DNA of 62,837 nt. It comes from an archaeon (GTDB lineage: Archaea; Nanobdellota; Nanobdellia; SCGC-AAA011-G17; GW2011-AR17). The DNA is taken from NCBI GenBank assembly GCA_018653605.1, contig JABHYY010000004.1, positions 1 to 62,837 on the forward strand. The letters run 5' to 3'. The notes under the pieces are model-generated. The model ran no database searches. It was not told the origin of the DNA and saw only the letters and a program-made list of their open reading frames with translations. Below are positions 1 to 9,012 of the stretch, piece by piece (positions within the stretch are counted from its first letter, which is position 1; every line of letters starts with the position of its first letter). Both the position numbers and the translations under genes were made by a program.

Positions 1-2
1 AT

Positions 3-422
3 GTAAAAAAACACAAAGATCTAAAATTTATAGATAAGTTAGCAGATCTAATAAATAGAAATTCAAAAAAACATCAGTTTGTTTTCATTACATTTTCAAA
101 GCACCCTTTTAGCAGATTTGAGAATGACTTAAGTGTTGCAAAAGAGCTTAAACAAAAGTTAAACAAGCAAGCTGACTTCAAAACAATAAGCAAGGATATC
201 CCTACAAGGGAACTAAAAAGCCTTGTTTCAACAATGCACTATCTAATTGGTATGAGACTACATTCAATGATCTTTGCAGTCTCAACAAAAACACCTTTGA
301 TAGGCATATGCTATTCACAAAAATGCCATTCATATTTGAATGCAAACAAAGTAAAGACACACTCACTAAACCCAGATTTCAAAGAAATAGAGAAACTAAT
401 CAAAAATGAAAAAAGACTTTAG
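3..422 (+). CDS. Polysaccharide pyruvyl transferase family protein (CsaB/WcaK-like), 5'-truncated by window edge
   Basis: Frame is open from position 3; GMRLHSMIFA...P.IGI.Y..K motif is typical of the family C-terminus. Confidence 0.75.
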   Translation, partial: VKKHKDLKFIDKLADLINRNSKKHQFVFITFSKHPFSRFENDLSVAKELKQKLNKQADFKTISKDIPTRELKSLVSTMHYLIGMRLHSMIFAVSTKTPLIGICYSQKCHSYLNANKVKTHSLNPDFKEIEKLIKNEKRL

Positions 423-792
423 CTATACAGGATTGGCATTTGTAACAGTAATTGCAATAATCCTGATTTTAGGCTTTATTTTCATCCCAAAGCCAGATTC
501 TAGCTTTACAGAGCTCTATTTCAATGATTATTCAGATTCTAGCCTTGAATTTACTATAAACAACCAAGAAGGTCATTCAGAACAGTATAACTACACTATA
601 TATATAGTGTACTACAACAATGGGAATTATGCTAAGCAAGAAACAGTTGAAACAGAGTATATAAGCCTAAATAATAGCCAATCTGCGACATTTAGTCATT
701 CTTTGGATATTGACCAGAGTTATGATACAGCCTTAATTATGGCAGATATAGGCTTACAGAACATATATTACACAGTGGAGATAGAACAATGA
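406..792 (+). CDS. Membrane-anchored protein resembling the C-terminal half of DUF1616
   Basis: N-terminal TM, then FTELYF and I.N.EG....Y beta-rich domain. Confidence 0.55.
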   Translation: MKKDFSYTGLAFVTVIAIILILGFIFIPKPDSSFTELYFNDYSDSSLEFTINNQEGHSEQYNYTIYIVYYNNGNYAKQETVETEYISLNNSQSATFSHSLDIDQSYDTALIMADIGLQNIYYTVEIEQ

Positions 793-1043
793 TAGGAGCA
801 ATAATTGGGATAATTGTACTGATTTTACCAGGATATTTATTTACTAGGATGCTATTTGAAGATCTAGATATCTTAGAAACTAGCCTATTTACACTAGTAT
901 TTTCAATGGTTTGTATGGTATTTTTTGGTTTATTCTTGAGTGTATTTCATCAAGTAAATGCTCTTAATTTATACATGTTTTATGGAATAACAATTATCCT
1001 CTCTATATTCGGGTATATATTTAACAAACAGCAACTATTTTGA
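789..1043 (+). CDS. Small 3-TM protein resembling the N-terminal half of DUF1616
   Basis: LILPGYLFT..LF motif, three hydrophobic helices, ATGA overlap with upstream gene. Confidence 0.55.
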   Translation: MIGAIIGIIVLILPGYLFTRMLFEDLDILETSLFTLVFSMVCMVFFGLFLSVFHQVNALNLYMFYGITIILSIFGYIFNKQQLF

Positions 1044-1126
1044 AGTAACAACACATCGAAAGGTTTATAAAGGAGTCCTAATTCTCAAATGGTAACAAAT
1101 ATTACTCCTAGGAGGACGATATAAAA

Positions 1127-2035
1127 ATGAAAAAATTATTTATTGCATTGATGTTGGCACTGACTTTATTGACAGCGCCTGCACTAGCAGATGAAAGTTC
1201 AAATTATGATTTTTTGAACATTGGAATCTCTGGTATCTCATATGCTGAAACAGTGTACGTTGAGCGTGGCGATAGCGTCCCTGTTGAAGTTTACTTTACA
1301 GGTACCGGTGAAACTACAGACGTAAATTTAAAAGTTTGGATAGGCGGTTACGAGTATGATAATGTATTCACAGCTTCTGACATGTTTGATGTTGAAGATG
1401 GTGTTTCATATAAGAAAACCCTAAACCTACAATTACCTGATGACATGATCTCAGAGCAAGATTACACAGTTTACATCGAAATGTACGATGATGAAGACTA
1501 TGTAAGAGAAGAAGCAACTATCAGAGTAAGCAATGTTAGACACGATGTTAGAGTTCAAGACATCCTAGTTGACAATTCAGTTGATGCTGGTGAATACACT
1601 AGTGTTACAGTTAGATTGGAAAACATGGGTGACAACAAAGAAGAAGACATCAAAGTAACAGTTTCTAATGAAGCTTTAGGTTTAGAATTATCAACTTACC
1701 TTGATGAATTAACAAATACTGAAATAGATAACGAAGATGAAGAATCTTCAGGTGATGTAACTTTCACATTTGCAGTTCCTGCAGAAGCTGATGGTTTATA
1801 CACCTTGACAGTTGACGTATTATACGACAATGGTCATAATGAAGTATCTAGTGAAACTAGCTTGAGTGTTGAAGGTGCAGTAGTAGCAGAAGATGGAACA
1901 GTTGTTGTTTCAGCTGATGATGGTAATACAGTAGATTCAGATGACACAAGTTTTGTTACAGCTTTGAAACTAGGTTTCGGTATTTTAGCAGTATTAATCG
2001 TTATTTTAGCATTGATCTTGATCGTGCGAAAATAA
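1127..2035 (+). CDS. Secreted acidic Ig-like/CARDB surface (S-layer-type) protein with C-terminal TM anchor
   Basis: Signal peptide, V.LEN.G CARDB-like motif, C-terminal TM plus RK, GGAGG RBS. Confidence 0.7.
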   Translation: MKKLFIALMLALTLLTAPALADESSNYDFLNIGISGISYAETVYVERGDSVPVEVYFTGTGETTDVNLKVWIGGYEYDNVFTASDMFDVEDGVSYKKTLNLQLPDDMISEQDYTVYIEMYDDEDYVREEATIRVSNVRHDVRVQDILVDNSVDAGEYTSVTVRLENMGDNKEEDIKVTVSNEALGLELSTYLDELTNTEIDNEDEESSGDVTFTFAVPAEADGLYTLTVDVLYDNGHNEVSSETSLSVEGAVVAEDGTVVVSADDGNTVDSDDTSFVTALKLGFGILAVLIVILALILIVRK

Positions 2036-2037
2036 AG

Positions 2038-2054
2038 ATTTTTTTTCTTTTTTT
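2038..2054 (+). terminator. Oligo-T archaeal terminator candidate
   Basis: T-run immediately after the stop of 1127..2035. Confidence 0.45.
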
Positions 2055-2061
2055 AATTTAA

Positions 2062-2129
2062 TTTATTCTTAGTAGGGAAATTAGTTGTATTGACTGCAGT
2101 TTTTGTATTTTTATAAGATTTAGAACTTA
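2062..2129. repeat. 68-bp direct repeat, copy 1
   Basis: Matches 3992..4059 with 3 mismatches. Confidence 0.95.
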
Positions 2130-2148
2130 TTTTCTACCCTAAAAAACT

Positions 2149-3927
2149 TTATCTGAATTGTTCCACAAAATCTTTGAACATTTCTCTTACTTCTGGATTT
2201 TCTTCTGCTTTATATAATCTTTCAAATGAACCTCTTGTTACCTCATTTGAATGCGCAACACTATCGCCATGGTCTTTATATTGGCTAACTACTAATTGAG
2301 ATGCGAAAGAACAAATAGAATCATCCAATCTATCTCTTAATGAAAGATTGCCATTTTTTGTTGGATGTTGCCATGATTTTCTTGCCATATATAATCCATT
2401 CTTCATAGCTTGCCAGGTTGAACCTGCCATTTGTGTTGCATCATAAGCCATATAAGCAACAGTTAAAGGACTTGAACCTAAAGATTCTGGAGGAGTTCTA
2501 TTGGTTTCAGTTAAATCTGAAATACACAAAGAAACTAAATAATCCATTGTTCCTTGTTTTCCATAAATACAATTTCCATTTGCTTGGCTTTCTGAAAAAT
2601 TTCTTGAACCTGGCAAGTCAGTCAAAGAACAAGGTTGCAATCCTATATGCTGTTCCATGCAAAAATCAGCAATTTCAATCCCTGTATGATCTTGAGGACT
2701 CCTAAAGTAATCATGAGGCATCCCTAAAATAAATGCTCCATGTATTGAAATACCATAATCCTGAATTTTTCTTATTTGTTGAGCATAATAATCTCTAACA
2801 GTTAATTTTTTTCTTTTAATATCCTTAACAGCATTCTTTCCAATTGCTTCCAAATTTCTTAAATCCAAGGATTCGAGACCAATAAAAAAATGTGTTGCTC
2901 CAGATTCTCTTAATTTTGTTAGTAAGGATTCATTATTAGCTACTTCTATTGAAATTTGAGCAGCATAATTTATTTTTAAATCACTTTCAATAATTCTATC
3001 TAATATCTGATGTAATCTTTTTCCTCCCAAAAGTAAATTATCAGGTAGAAAAAAGAAAAATCTATTGCTGAAGTTAACACCATCTTTTTGGTATTCTTGC
3101 AATTCTGCAACAAAATCTTCAGAGCCCCTTGATTGGAACTTTCTTTGTTCTTTAGGTAGTGTGGATATTGAACAAAAGCTACATGAATATGGACATCCTA
3201 AATAAGGAGTTGTTGCATTAATTTTAAATTCTCTTCCTAAAACTTTACCTACTACAGGAACTTTTTTTAGTAATTCCATTTGCATTGGATCCATTTTAAC
3301 CACATTTTCAGCACCCCAAATACCATCTTCCATTGTTTCATATCCAATATATTCTGGTTTTAGTTTGCCATCTTGAATATCTTGTAAAACTGATATTAAT
3401 GTTTTGGAATCTCCTGCTCCCTTTACTTGACTAACTAAATCAGGGTTAGGAACAACATTTCTAACAAATGTATCAATATCCTCTGGACTTGTTGATACAT
3501 GAATCCCTCCTATAATTGTTGGTATTCTTGCTTGATTAAGAGGAATTATTGTAGCTACAGCTGTTGGAAAATTTGAACTCATAGAAGTCATAAAGATTGC
3601 CTCAGGTTTACCTCTTTCTTGAATTATTTTATCTAATGTTTTTCTTTTACCATCTGAAAGAACAACTTCCGAATCAGGTCTTAGTCTAGCTAATTGATTG
3701 GCAATATAATGAACAGCATAGCTTTCCATTCCAAAAGTTTCAACCATTCCCTGTCTTTCTTTTCTTAAATCAAACCTCAAGAAGTCCAAATAATTATTAG
3801 GATCTAGCTGACTTACATCTTTGCTAGTAAGATGTGCCAATAATTCATGAGTATCTTGAATATTTCCATGCAAATCCATGAGATTAAATGTTAAAGGATT
3901 ATGCATAATGTAATATTTTTCAGCCAT
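2149..3927 (-). CDS. Radical SAM protein with probable N-terminal B12-binding-like domain
   Basis: CPYSCSFC (CxxxCxxC); IIGGIHVS, PDN, FIGLES, FILG.P.D, LPGS motifs. Confidence 0.85.
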   Translation of the reverse strand: MAEKYYIMHNPLTFNLMDLHGNIQDTHELLAHLTSKDVSQLDPNNYLDFLRFDLRKERQGMVETFGMESYAVHYIANQLARLRPDSEVVLSDGKRKTLDKIIQERGKPEAIFMTSMSSNFPTAVATIIPLNQARIPTIIGGIHVSTSPEDIDTFVRNVVPNPDLVSQVKGAGDSKTLISVLQDIQDGKLKPEYIGYETMEDGIWGAENVVKMDPMQMELLKKVPVVGKVLGREFKINATTPYLGCPYSCSFCSISTLPKEQRKFQSRGSEDFVAELQEYQKDGVNFSNRFFFFLPDNLLLGGKRLHQILDRIIESDLKINYAAQISIEVANNESLLTKLRESGATHFFIGLESLDLRNLEAIGKNAVKDIKRKKLTVRDYYAQQIRKIQDYGISIHGAFILGMPHDYFRSPQDHTGIEIADFCMEQHIGLQPCSLTDLPGSRNFSESQANGNCIYGKQGTMDYLVSLCISDLTETNRTPPESLGSSPLTVAYMAYDATQMAGSTWQAMKNGLYMARKSWQHPTKNGNLSLRDRLDDSICSFASQLVVSQYKDHGDSVAHSNEVTRGSFERLYKAEENPEVREMFKDFVEQFR

Positions 3928-3991
3928 ATTGGTTGTAACTTATGAATTATTTATAAGTATTTTGATATTAAACCAAGATTATTCCCAGTTT

Positions 3992-4059
3992 TTTATTCTT
4001 AGTAGGGAAATTCTTTGTGTTGACTGCAGTTTTTGTATTTTTATAAGATTTAGAACTTA
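3992..4059. repeat. 68-bp direct repeat, copy 2
   Basis: Matches 2062..2129. Confidence 0.95.
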
Positions 4060-4076
4060 AAGGGTTTAATTCTAAT
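4049..4076. other. Candidate dif-like tyrosine recombinase (Xer) site, 11-6-11
   Basis: TTTAGAACTTA-AAGGGT-TTAATTCTAAT imperfect inverted arms; resembles Thermococcales dif arms as recalled. Confidence 0.5.
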
Positions 4077-4156
4077 TGGGAACAACTAAGAATGAAGATT
4101 AAATCATCCTTATAGAATCAGCAAATTATTTAACAGTTAAAAACACTATAATTTTA

Positions 4157-5425
4157 ATGAAAAAAAAGTTAATCCTAATAATCTCAATAATAAGTATAAT
4201 AATCATTACATTAATAGCTGTTTTTCTAACAAACAGCGAATCAGAAACCTGTGATGGATACACCCTTTATAGCAGTGATGGATCTGTTCTAAAAAAACAT
4301 AGTGCAACCCTAATTGACATGGATGGCAACATAATAAAAGAATGGGAAATAGCTGGTTCACCAGTAAAAATGCTACCCTCTGGATCAATAATAGGAACAA
4401 AAAACTCAAGAAATAGTTACTTTAAAACAAGTGGTCATCACGATACAATAGAATTAGTTCAATTAGATTGGGATGGAAATGAAGAATGGTCTTTCTCAAA
4501 CTGGGATGATGCCAATACTGGAATAATGATGTCAAGACAACATCATGACTACCAAAGAGAAGGCAACCCTGTAGGATATTTCTCCCCTTGTTCAGATGAA
4601 ATTCAACAAGGAAATACATTAATATTATCTCATTTAGATAAAACAATTCCAGAAATAAGTGAAAGAAAATTATTAGATGATGTAATCTATGAAGTAAACT
4701 GGCAAGGTGATCTGACTGGATTCGAATGGCATGGTACAGACCATATTAATGAAATGGGTTTTAATGAAACTGAATTAGAAGCAATAAATAAAACTGGAGG
4801 AGATTGGTTACACATAAACAGCATGTCGAGATTAGGAGAAAATATTCATGATGATTCAAGATTCGATCCTAAAAATATTATCATAAGTTCAAGAGAAGCA
4901 AACTTTATCGCTATTATAGATCATGAAACAGGAGACATAGTCTGGAAAGTAGGTCCTGACTTCAATGAAGGTCCTGAAAAAGATTTAAAACAATTTATAG
5001 GCCAACATCATGCCCACATGATTCCAAAAGGACTTCCAGGAGAAGGAAATATTTTAGTCTTTGATAACGGTGGGGAATCTGGTTATGGAGGAGACAATTT
5101 AATCCAAAAATATACAAGAGACTATTCAAGAATTGTAGAATTTAATCCAGTGACATTTGAAAAAGTTTGGCAATACAAAGAAGAAGGATTTTACAGCACA
5201 TTTATCAGTTCAGCACAAAGACTTCCAAATGGTAATACTTTAATAGATGAAGGTGAAAAAGGAAGAATATTTGAAGTAAATATTAATAATGAAATAGTCT
5301 GGGAATATAATGCTCCCAAAGTTGATGGTGAAGCATATATCTATAGGGCATACAGAATTCCTCCTGAATGGATTCCAGAAAATACTTATGAAAATTGGGA
5401 AGATATTTATTCTTTTACTTGTTAA
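4157..5425 (+). CDS. Aryl-sulfate sulfotransferase (ASST family), membrane-anchored
   Basis: HHD, DWLHINS, QHHA, ILVFDNG, SSAQRLPNGNTLI motifs; N-terminal TM. Confidence 0.85.
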   Translation: MKKKLILIISIISIIIITLIAVFLTNSESETCDGYTLYSSDGSVLKKHSATLIDMDGNIIKEWEIAGSPVKMLPSGSIIGTKNSRNSYFKTSGHHDTIELVQLDWDGNEEWSFSNWDDANTGIMMSRQHHDYQREGNPVGYFSPCSDEIQQGNTLILSHLDKTIPEISERKLLDDVIYEVNWQGDLTGFEWHGTDHINEMGFNETELEAINKTGGDWLHINSMSRLGENIHDDSRFDPKNIIISSREANFIAIIDHETGDIVWKVGPDFNEGPEKDLKQFIGQHHAHMIPKGLPGEGNILVFDNGGESGYGGDNLIQKYTRDYSRIVEFNPVTFEKVWQYKEEGFYSTFISSAQRLPNGNTLIDEGEKGRIFEVNINNEIVWEYNAPKVDGEAYIYRAYRIPPEWIPENTYENWEDIYSFTC

Positions 5426-5480
5426 CTTTCATATAGCATCCTTATGTGCAATACCAAAGCAGTCAAAGCTTATACTGACC

Positions 5481-5681
5481 CTACTCATTTTCTACATCAG
5501 AAAGTTCTTTCCTATAAACAGGAACTGCAAATACTTCATCAGTACAAAGATCTTCTAATCTTATAGAAGGATGTATTTCTTGAGGAGGACCAGAATGTCC
5601 ATAAAGTACCACATTACCTCCTGCATATACATGAGCAGTATTCTCTAAACCTTCTTTTGGAGGTTCATAATCATCTACCAT
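5481..5681 (-). CDS. Hypothetical protein
   Basis: 66-aa ORF with TATA-like box about 25 nt upstream. Confidence 0.5.
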   Translation of the reverse strand: MVDDYEPPKEGLENTAHVYAGGNVVLYGHSGPPQEIHPSIRLEDLCTDEVFAVPVYRKELSDVENE

Positions 5682-5743
5682 ACTCTAACAAATACACTCC
5701 TCTTTTATAAATATTATTAATATAAAAAAAATAAAATAAAAAA

Positions 5744-5956
5744 TTACTTTTTCTTCTTAGTTTTTGGTCTTAAATCACAGCATGAATCACACTGTTCTTT
5801 TAGCAAGAAAACAACACCTATTACCAAGAATAAAGCTGTCCACCAATTGATTCCAAAGAAATTCCATACACCTAAATCAACTGACAAAAATATAGCACCT
5901 AATAATAATAAAAGTACTGCACCTGCCATTGTACATTTTCTACACATAGTCAACAT
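5744..5956 (-). CDS. Small 2-TM protein with terminal Cys motifs
   Basis: CRKC, two TMs (WW motif), CDSCC, basic tail. Confidence 0.7.
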   Translation of the reverse strand: MLTMCRKCTMAGAVLLLLLGAIFLSVDLGVWNFFGINWWTALFLVIGVVFLLKEQCDSCCDLRPKTKKKK

Positions 5957-6010
5957 AACTTTCCACCCCCTTATCCAATTTTAAGATCTCTTTATTTATA
6001 AAAATTATCA

Positions 6011-6097
6011 AGATTTCCGGAAACTTTCCATAAAACCTGAAATATTTCCGGATTTTATCCAATTGTTATTATAAAAAATGCTAATAATTGACTATAT
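6011..6097 (+). promoter_or_regulatory. TTTCCGGA-rich element plus TATA box upstream of Mrr-like gene
   Basis: 6025..6052 matches 42132..42159 (27/28); TTATAAAAA at 6069. Confidence 0.6.
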
Positions 6098-6628
6098 ATG
6101 AAATGGCAATCACTAGAAATCTTTGTAGAACACCTATACAAGAACCTAGGTAAAAAAAGAGTTAAAAGAGATGTAACCATTTCAAGAGGAGGTGTAAGAG
6201 ACCAAATTGATGTCCAATATGGCCTTTTTCTAAAAACATATGTAGAATGTAAAGATCATAAGAAGAATGTACCTTATGCAGAGTTTATGAGGTTTGTTGG
6301 AACATGTAATAGGCTAGGCAAAAGAGGTGTAATGGTTGCAACAACAGACTTTACACCAAGGTGCTACAAAGATGCATCCACATATGGCATCAAATTAATC
6401 AATGGCAAAGAACTAATGAAATTGTACAGAAAGTCTGGCCACAAACCAAAGCATCCTAATGTTAGAAGCACTGTAAGATCCCACCCTAAGAAATACAAAC
6501 CAACATTCAAAAGAAGAGCTATTAATTATTCAAAGTATGGCTTGTATTGTACACTTGCATTAGCACTCTATGAAAACCAAGACAAGTTAATGCCATTAAT
6601 AGAAGAAATAAAAAAATTTATCCCTTAA
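6098..6628 (+). CDS. Mrr-like restriction endonuclease (PD-(D/E)xK)
   Basis: E..V..L, QIDV...YVECK, GVMVATTDFT, IKLING..L; hydrophobic C-terminal segment. Confidence 0.8.
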   Translation: MKWQSLEIFVEHLYKNLGKKRVKRDVTISRGGVRDQIDVQYGLFLKTYVECKDHKKNVPYAEFMRFVGTCNRLGKRGVMVATTDFTPRCYKDASTYGIKLINGKELMKLYRKSGHKPKHPNVRSTVRSHPKKYKPTFKRRAINYSKYGLYCTLALALYENQDKLMPLIEEIKKFIP

Positions 6629-7062
6629 GCTTTAGGGATAATTTCAACAACTTTAATTTTAAAGTTCAAAACTTTTCCAGCTAGTGGATGGTTCAAATCA
6701 ACAGTCACTTCAGCATCAGTTACTTCAGTAATCTTTGCAGGAATTTGCTGACCATTTGGTAAACCCACTCCTAAAACCATACCAACTTTAGGTTCTTGTT
6801 CTTTAGGTAATTGTTCCTTAGGTATTTTTTTAACTAGCTCTGGTTTTATATCTCCATAAGCATCAGCTGGTTGCAATGTAATTTCTTTTTCTTCATCTTT
6901 TTCCATACCAACAACTGCTGTGTCAAAACCTTTTATGATTTTACCAGATCCAACTTCAAACTCCAAAGGTGCACCATGATTTGAAGAACTATCAAAAACA
7001 CTACCATCTTCTAAAGTTCCAGTATAATCAATTTTTATTGTATCGCCATTTTTTACTGCCAT
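6625..7062 (-). CDS. slyD: FKBP-type peptidyl-prolyl isomerase (SlyD-like)
   Basis: DYTG.LEDG.VFDSS, AYG, VDLNHPLAGK.L.F. Confidence 0.92.
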   Translation of the reverse strand: MAVKNGDTIKIDYTGTLEDGSVFDSSSNHGAPLEFEVGSGKIIKGFDTAVVGMEKDEEKEITLQPADAYGDIKPELVKKIPKEQLPKEQEPKVGMVLGVGLPNGQQIPAKITEVTDAEVTVDLNHPLAGKVLNFKIKVVEIIPKA

Positions 7063-7159
7063 ATTATCATCTCCTGATTAATTTATACAATTAAGATTTT
7101 TTTACCCTTTAAAAAATTATCCATAAACCTTATATATTGTTGATTTAAATGGTAATCCT

Positions 7160-7519
7160 ATGGCAAGTTTAGGATTCCCAAGAAAAGCAGTTACAGATGG
7201 TACATTCTTTGCAAGTGAAAGTTTTATGCTCCATTACTCTAACACTCAAGGTTTTAGTGATAGATTTAGACAAACAGCAAGGCTGGCAAGTTATGGGTGT
7301 TTCAGAGACACAATTGAAAGTGTTGTTGAGAATGATGGCCTTCTTGAATTCCGATTTGCTAGATACAAATCTCATGTAGATTTAGATCCTAATTTAGATT
7401 CTGTAGCAAGAGGTCTTTTAGGTCTTTCAGAAGAAGGCACATTAAAAGATTATCAAAAATTAGAAGTACAAGTTGTTACAAAAAAAGGTAATGTTAGAGG
7501 TTTCAGACCTAGACCATAG
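7160..7519 (+). CDS. Hypothetical protein
   Basis: 119-aa ORF with TATA about 25 nt upstream. Confidence 0.55.
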   Translation: MASLGFPRKAVTDGTFFASESFMLHYSNTQGFSDRFRQTARLASYGCFRDTIESVVENDGLLEFRFARYKSHVDLDPNLDSVARGLLGLSEEGTLKDYQKLEVQVVTKKGNVRGFRPRP

Positions 7520-7540
7520 GGTCAGTATAAGCATTGACTA

Positions 7541-7924
7541 CTATACAAGAGGATAAACATTTTCTGAAAATTTTCTAAGACCTGTTCCTACAACATAACA
7601 AGCTGTAAATGTTGCAGCAGAAAAACCAGCTCCAGAAGCACTCCAAATAAAATATTGTGCAGTTTTACTATGTTCAGCCTTTCTTGTTGAAAGCCCAGCA
7701 ACTCCACTTGTAATACTGTTTAATCCACCAGCAGCAACCAAACCACACCAAAAATCAACATTACTTTCATTTCCATCACTAAGTCCCAATGCTAAACCTC
7801 CAACTCCACTTACAGTATGTCCTGCTAAAGAAATTTGTCCTGGACTTGTTCTAAATAACCTTTGTTTTAAGGTCATATCTGTTCTTGATCTATATGATTC
7901 CATAACAACAACAAAGCTAAACAA
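7541..7924 (-). CDS. Hypothetical Gly-rich membrane protein (start uncertain)
   Basis: Gly/Ala-rich hydrophobic segments. Confidence 0.5.
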   Translation of the reverse strand: MFSFVVVMESYRSRTDMTLKQRLFRTSPGQISLAGHTVSGVGGLALGLSDGNESNVDFWCGLVAAGGLNSITSGVAGLSTRKAEHSKTAQYFIWSASGAGFSAATFTACYVVGTGLRKFSENVYPLV

Positions 7925-7957
7925 GTTTAAATAAATTAGAGTAAACTAACCTATACA

Positions 7958-8392
7958 TTAAAACAATCTATACAGCAAAAACAGCGCCAAACAAACCAGC
8001 AAAAAATACTCAACAAACCCACCAGTTCTAACAAAACCCTTTACTTGCCACCCAAGTGGCCAAAAAAACTTCACCCCTTGCAAAGTCATAGCATCCAACA
8101 CTAAATGCAGCAAATACCCACAGAAAAAAGCAAGCCCTAAAGAAAAATATCCAAAGAGATACAAAAGAACAAACACTACAAAAGGAATTAACCAACTATG
8201 AAAAACTCCTCTATGTCCTAACAATCCAACAAACCAAGAAAGAATACCAAAGCTTTGTCCAACTTTACTTTTAGGAGCATCAATATCAGGCAACACAGAA
8301 GCAAGAACAAAAACAACAAAAAACCACCAACCATAATCCTTCAAAAGTAAACCAACAACTACACCAACAAACAAATGTGTTACAAACATCAT
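7958..8392 (-). CDS. Membrane metal-dependent hydrolase (YdjM family)
   Basis: TH, LPDID, HRG.FHS, HL.LD.MT..G motifs. Confidence 0.88.
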   Translation of the reverse strand: MMFVTHLFVGVVVGLLLKDYGWWFFVVFVLASVLPDIDAPKSKVGQSFGILSWFVGLLGHRGVFHSWLIPFVVFVLLYLFGYFSLGLAFFCGYLLHLVLDAMTLQGVKFFWPLGWQVKGFVRTGGFVEYFLLVCLALFLLYRLF

Positions 8393-8919
8393 TTTTTCAA
8401 TTTCTTAATTAACTTAATCCTGTTAGTCATACCATAAGAAAACTTCTTAACAACCTTCTTAGTTTCTAACCTTTTCAAGATTCTATGTATCTTAACTTTA
8501 GACAGCTTTGATTCATTAACCAACTCTTTCTGTGTCATTGCATCATCATTATCTTCTAAGATATGAACAACCTTCTTTTCTTCAGGCAACAATACATCTT
8601 CACTAATTTCATTCTCAGCTTTCTTCTCAACCTCTTTCACAATATGGTGCTCTTTAACTTTCATCAAAGCCATACCTGAAAGCAAACTTATAACAAAACT
8701 ACAAAAACTCACTATAACCAAAACTAGAGAAATCCTTTGCATCATAAGCACTGGAAGAGCAGTTTTGCCTGTAACTAACATCCTTTGTAACAATACAGAA
8801 TCTCCTCCCCTAAAATACATCCAAAGAGAAAGTAGCCCTAAAATGAAAGATATTCCAGCATAAAGAAAAGCAATCACCATCACAGTGTTCTGGAACTTAG
8901 TTTCATTGTGTTTCACCAT
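8389..8919 (-). CDS. Membrane-anchored winged-helix regulator (2 TM + MarR-like wHTH)
   Basis: E..V..L....TQ.EL.....SK.K..R.L.RLE.K.......GMTN. Confidence 0.8.
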   Translation of the reverse strand: MVKHNETKFQNTVMVIAFLYAGISFILGLLSLWMYFRGGDSVLLQRMLVTGKTALPVLMMQRISLVLVIVSFCSFVISLLSGMALMKVKEHHIVKEVEKKAENEISEDVLLPEEKKVVHILEDNDDAMTQKELVNESKLSKVKIHRILKRLETKKVVKKFSYGMTNRIKLIKKLKK

Positions 8920-8978
8920 TTTACAGCTTATTCCTCCAACCTATTAAGACTTGTTTCAAGTAATGGATATGTAAGAAC

Positions 8979-9000
8979 TCGAAACTTTTAAGGGTTTCGA
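8979..9000. promoter_or_regulatory. Inverted repeat TCGAAAC-N8-GTTTCGA in divergent intergenic region
   Basis: Perfect 7-bp arms between the regulator and 9013..9609. Confidence 0.5.
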
Positions 9001-9012
9001 AAGGAGGGAAAA

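Noticed and set aside
2062-4059. Direct repeats as CRISPR, integron attC or tRNA att sites
   Set aside because: Only two copies 1.9 kb apart; no spacers, attC core/hairpin or tRNA structure
3968-4117. Stop-free minus-strand frame running through repeat copy 2
   Set aside because: No in-frame ATG after the preceding stop; probably chance
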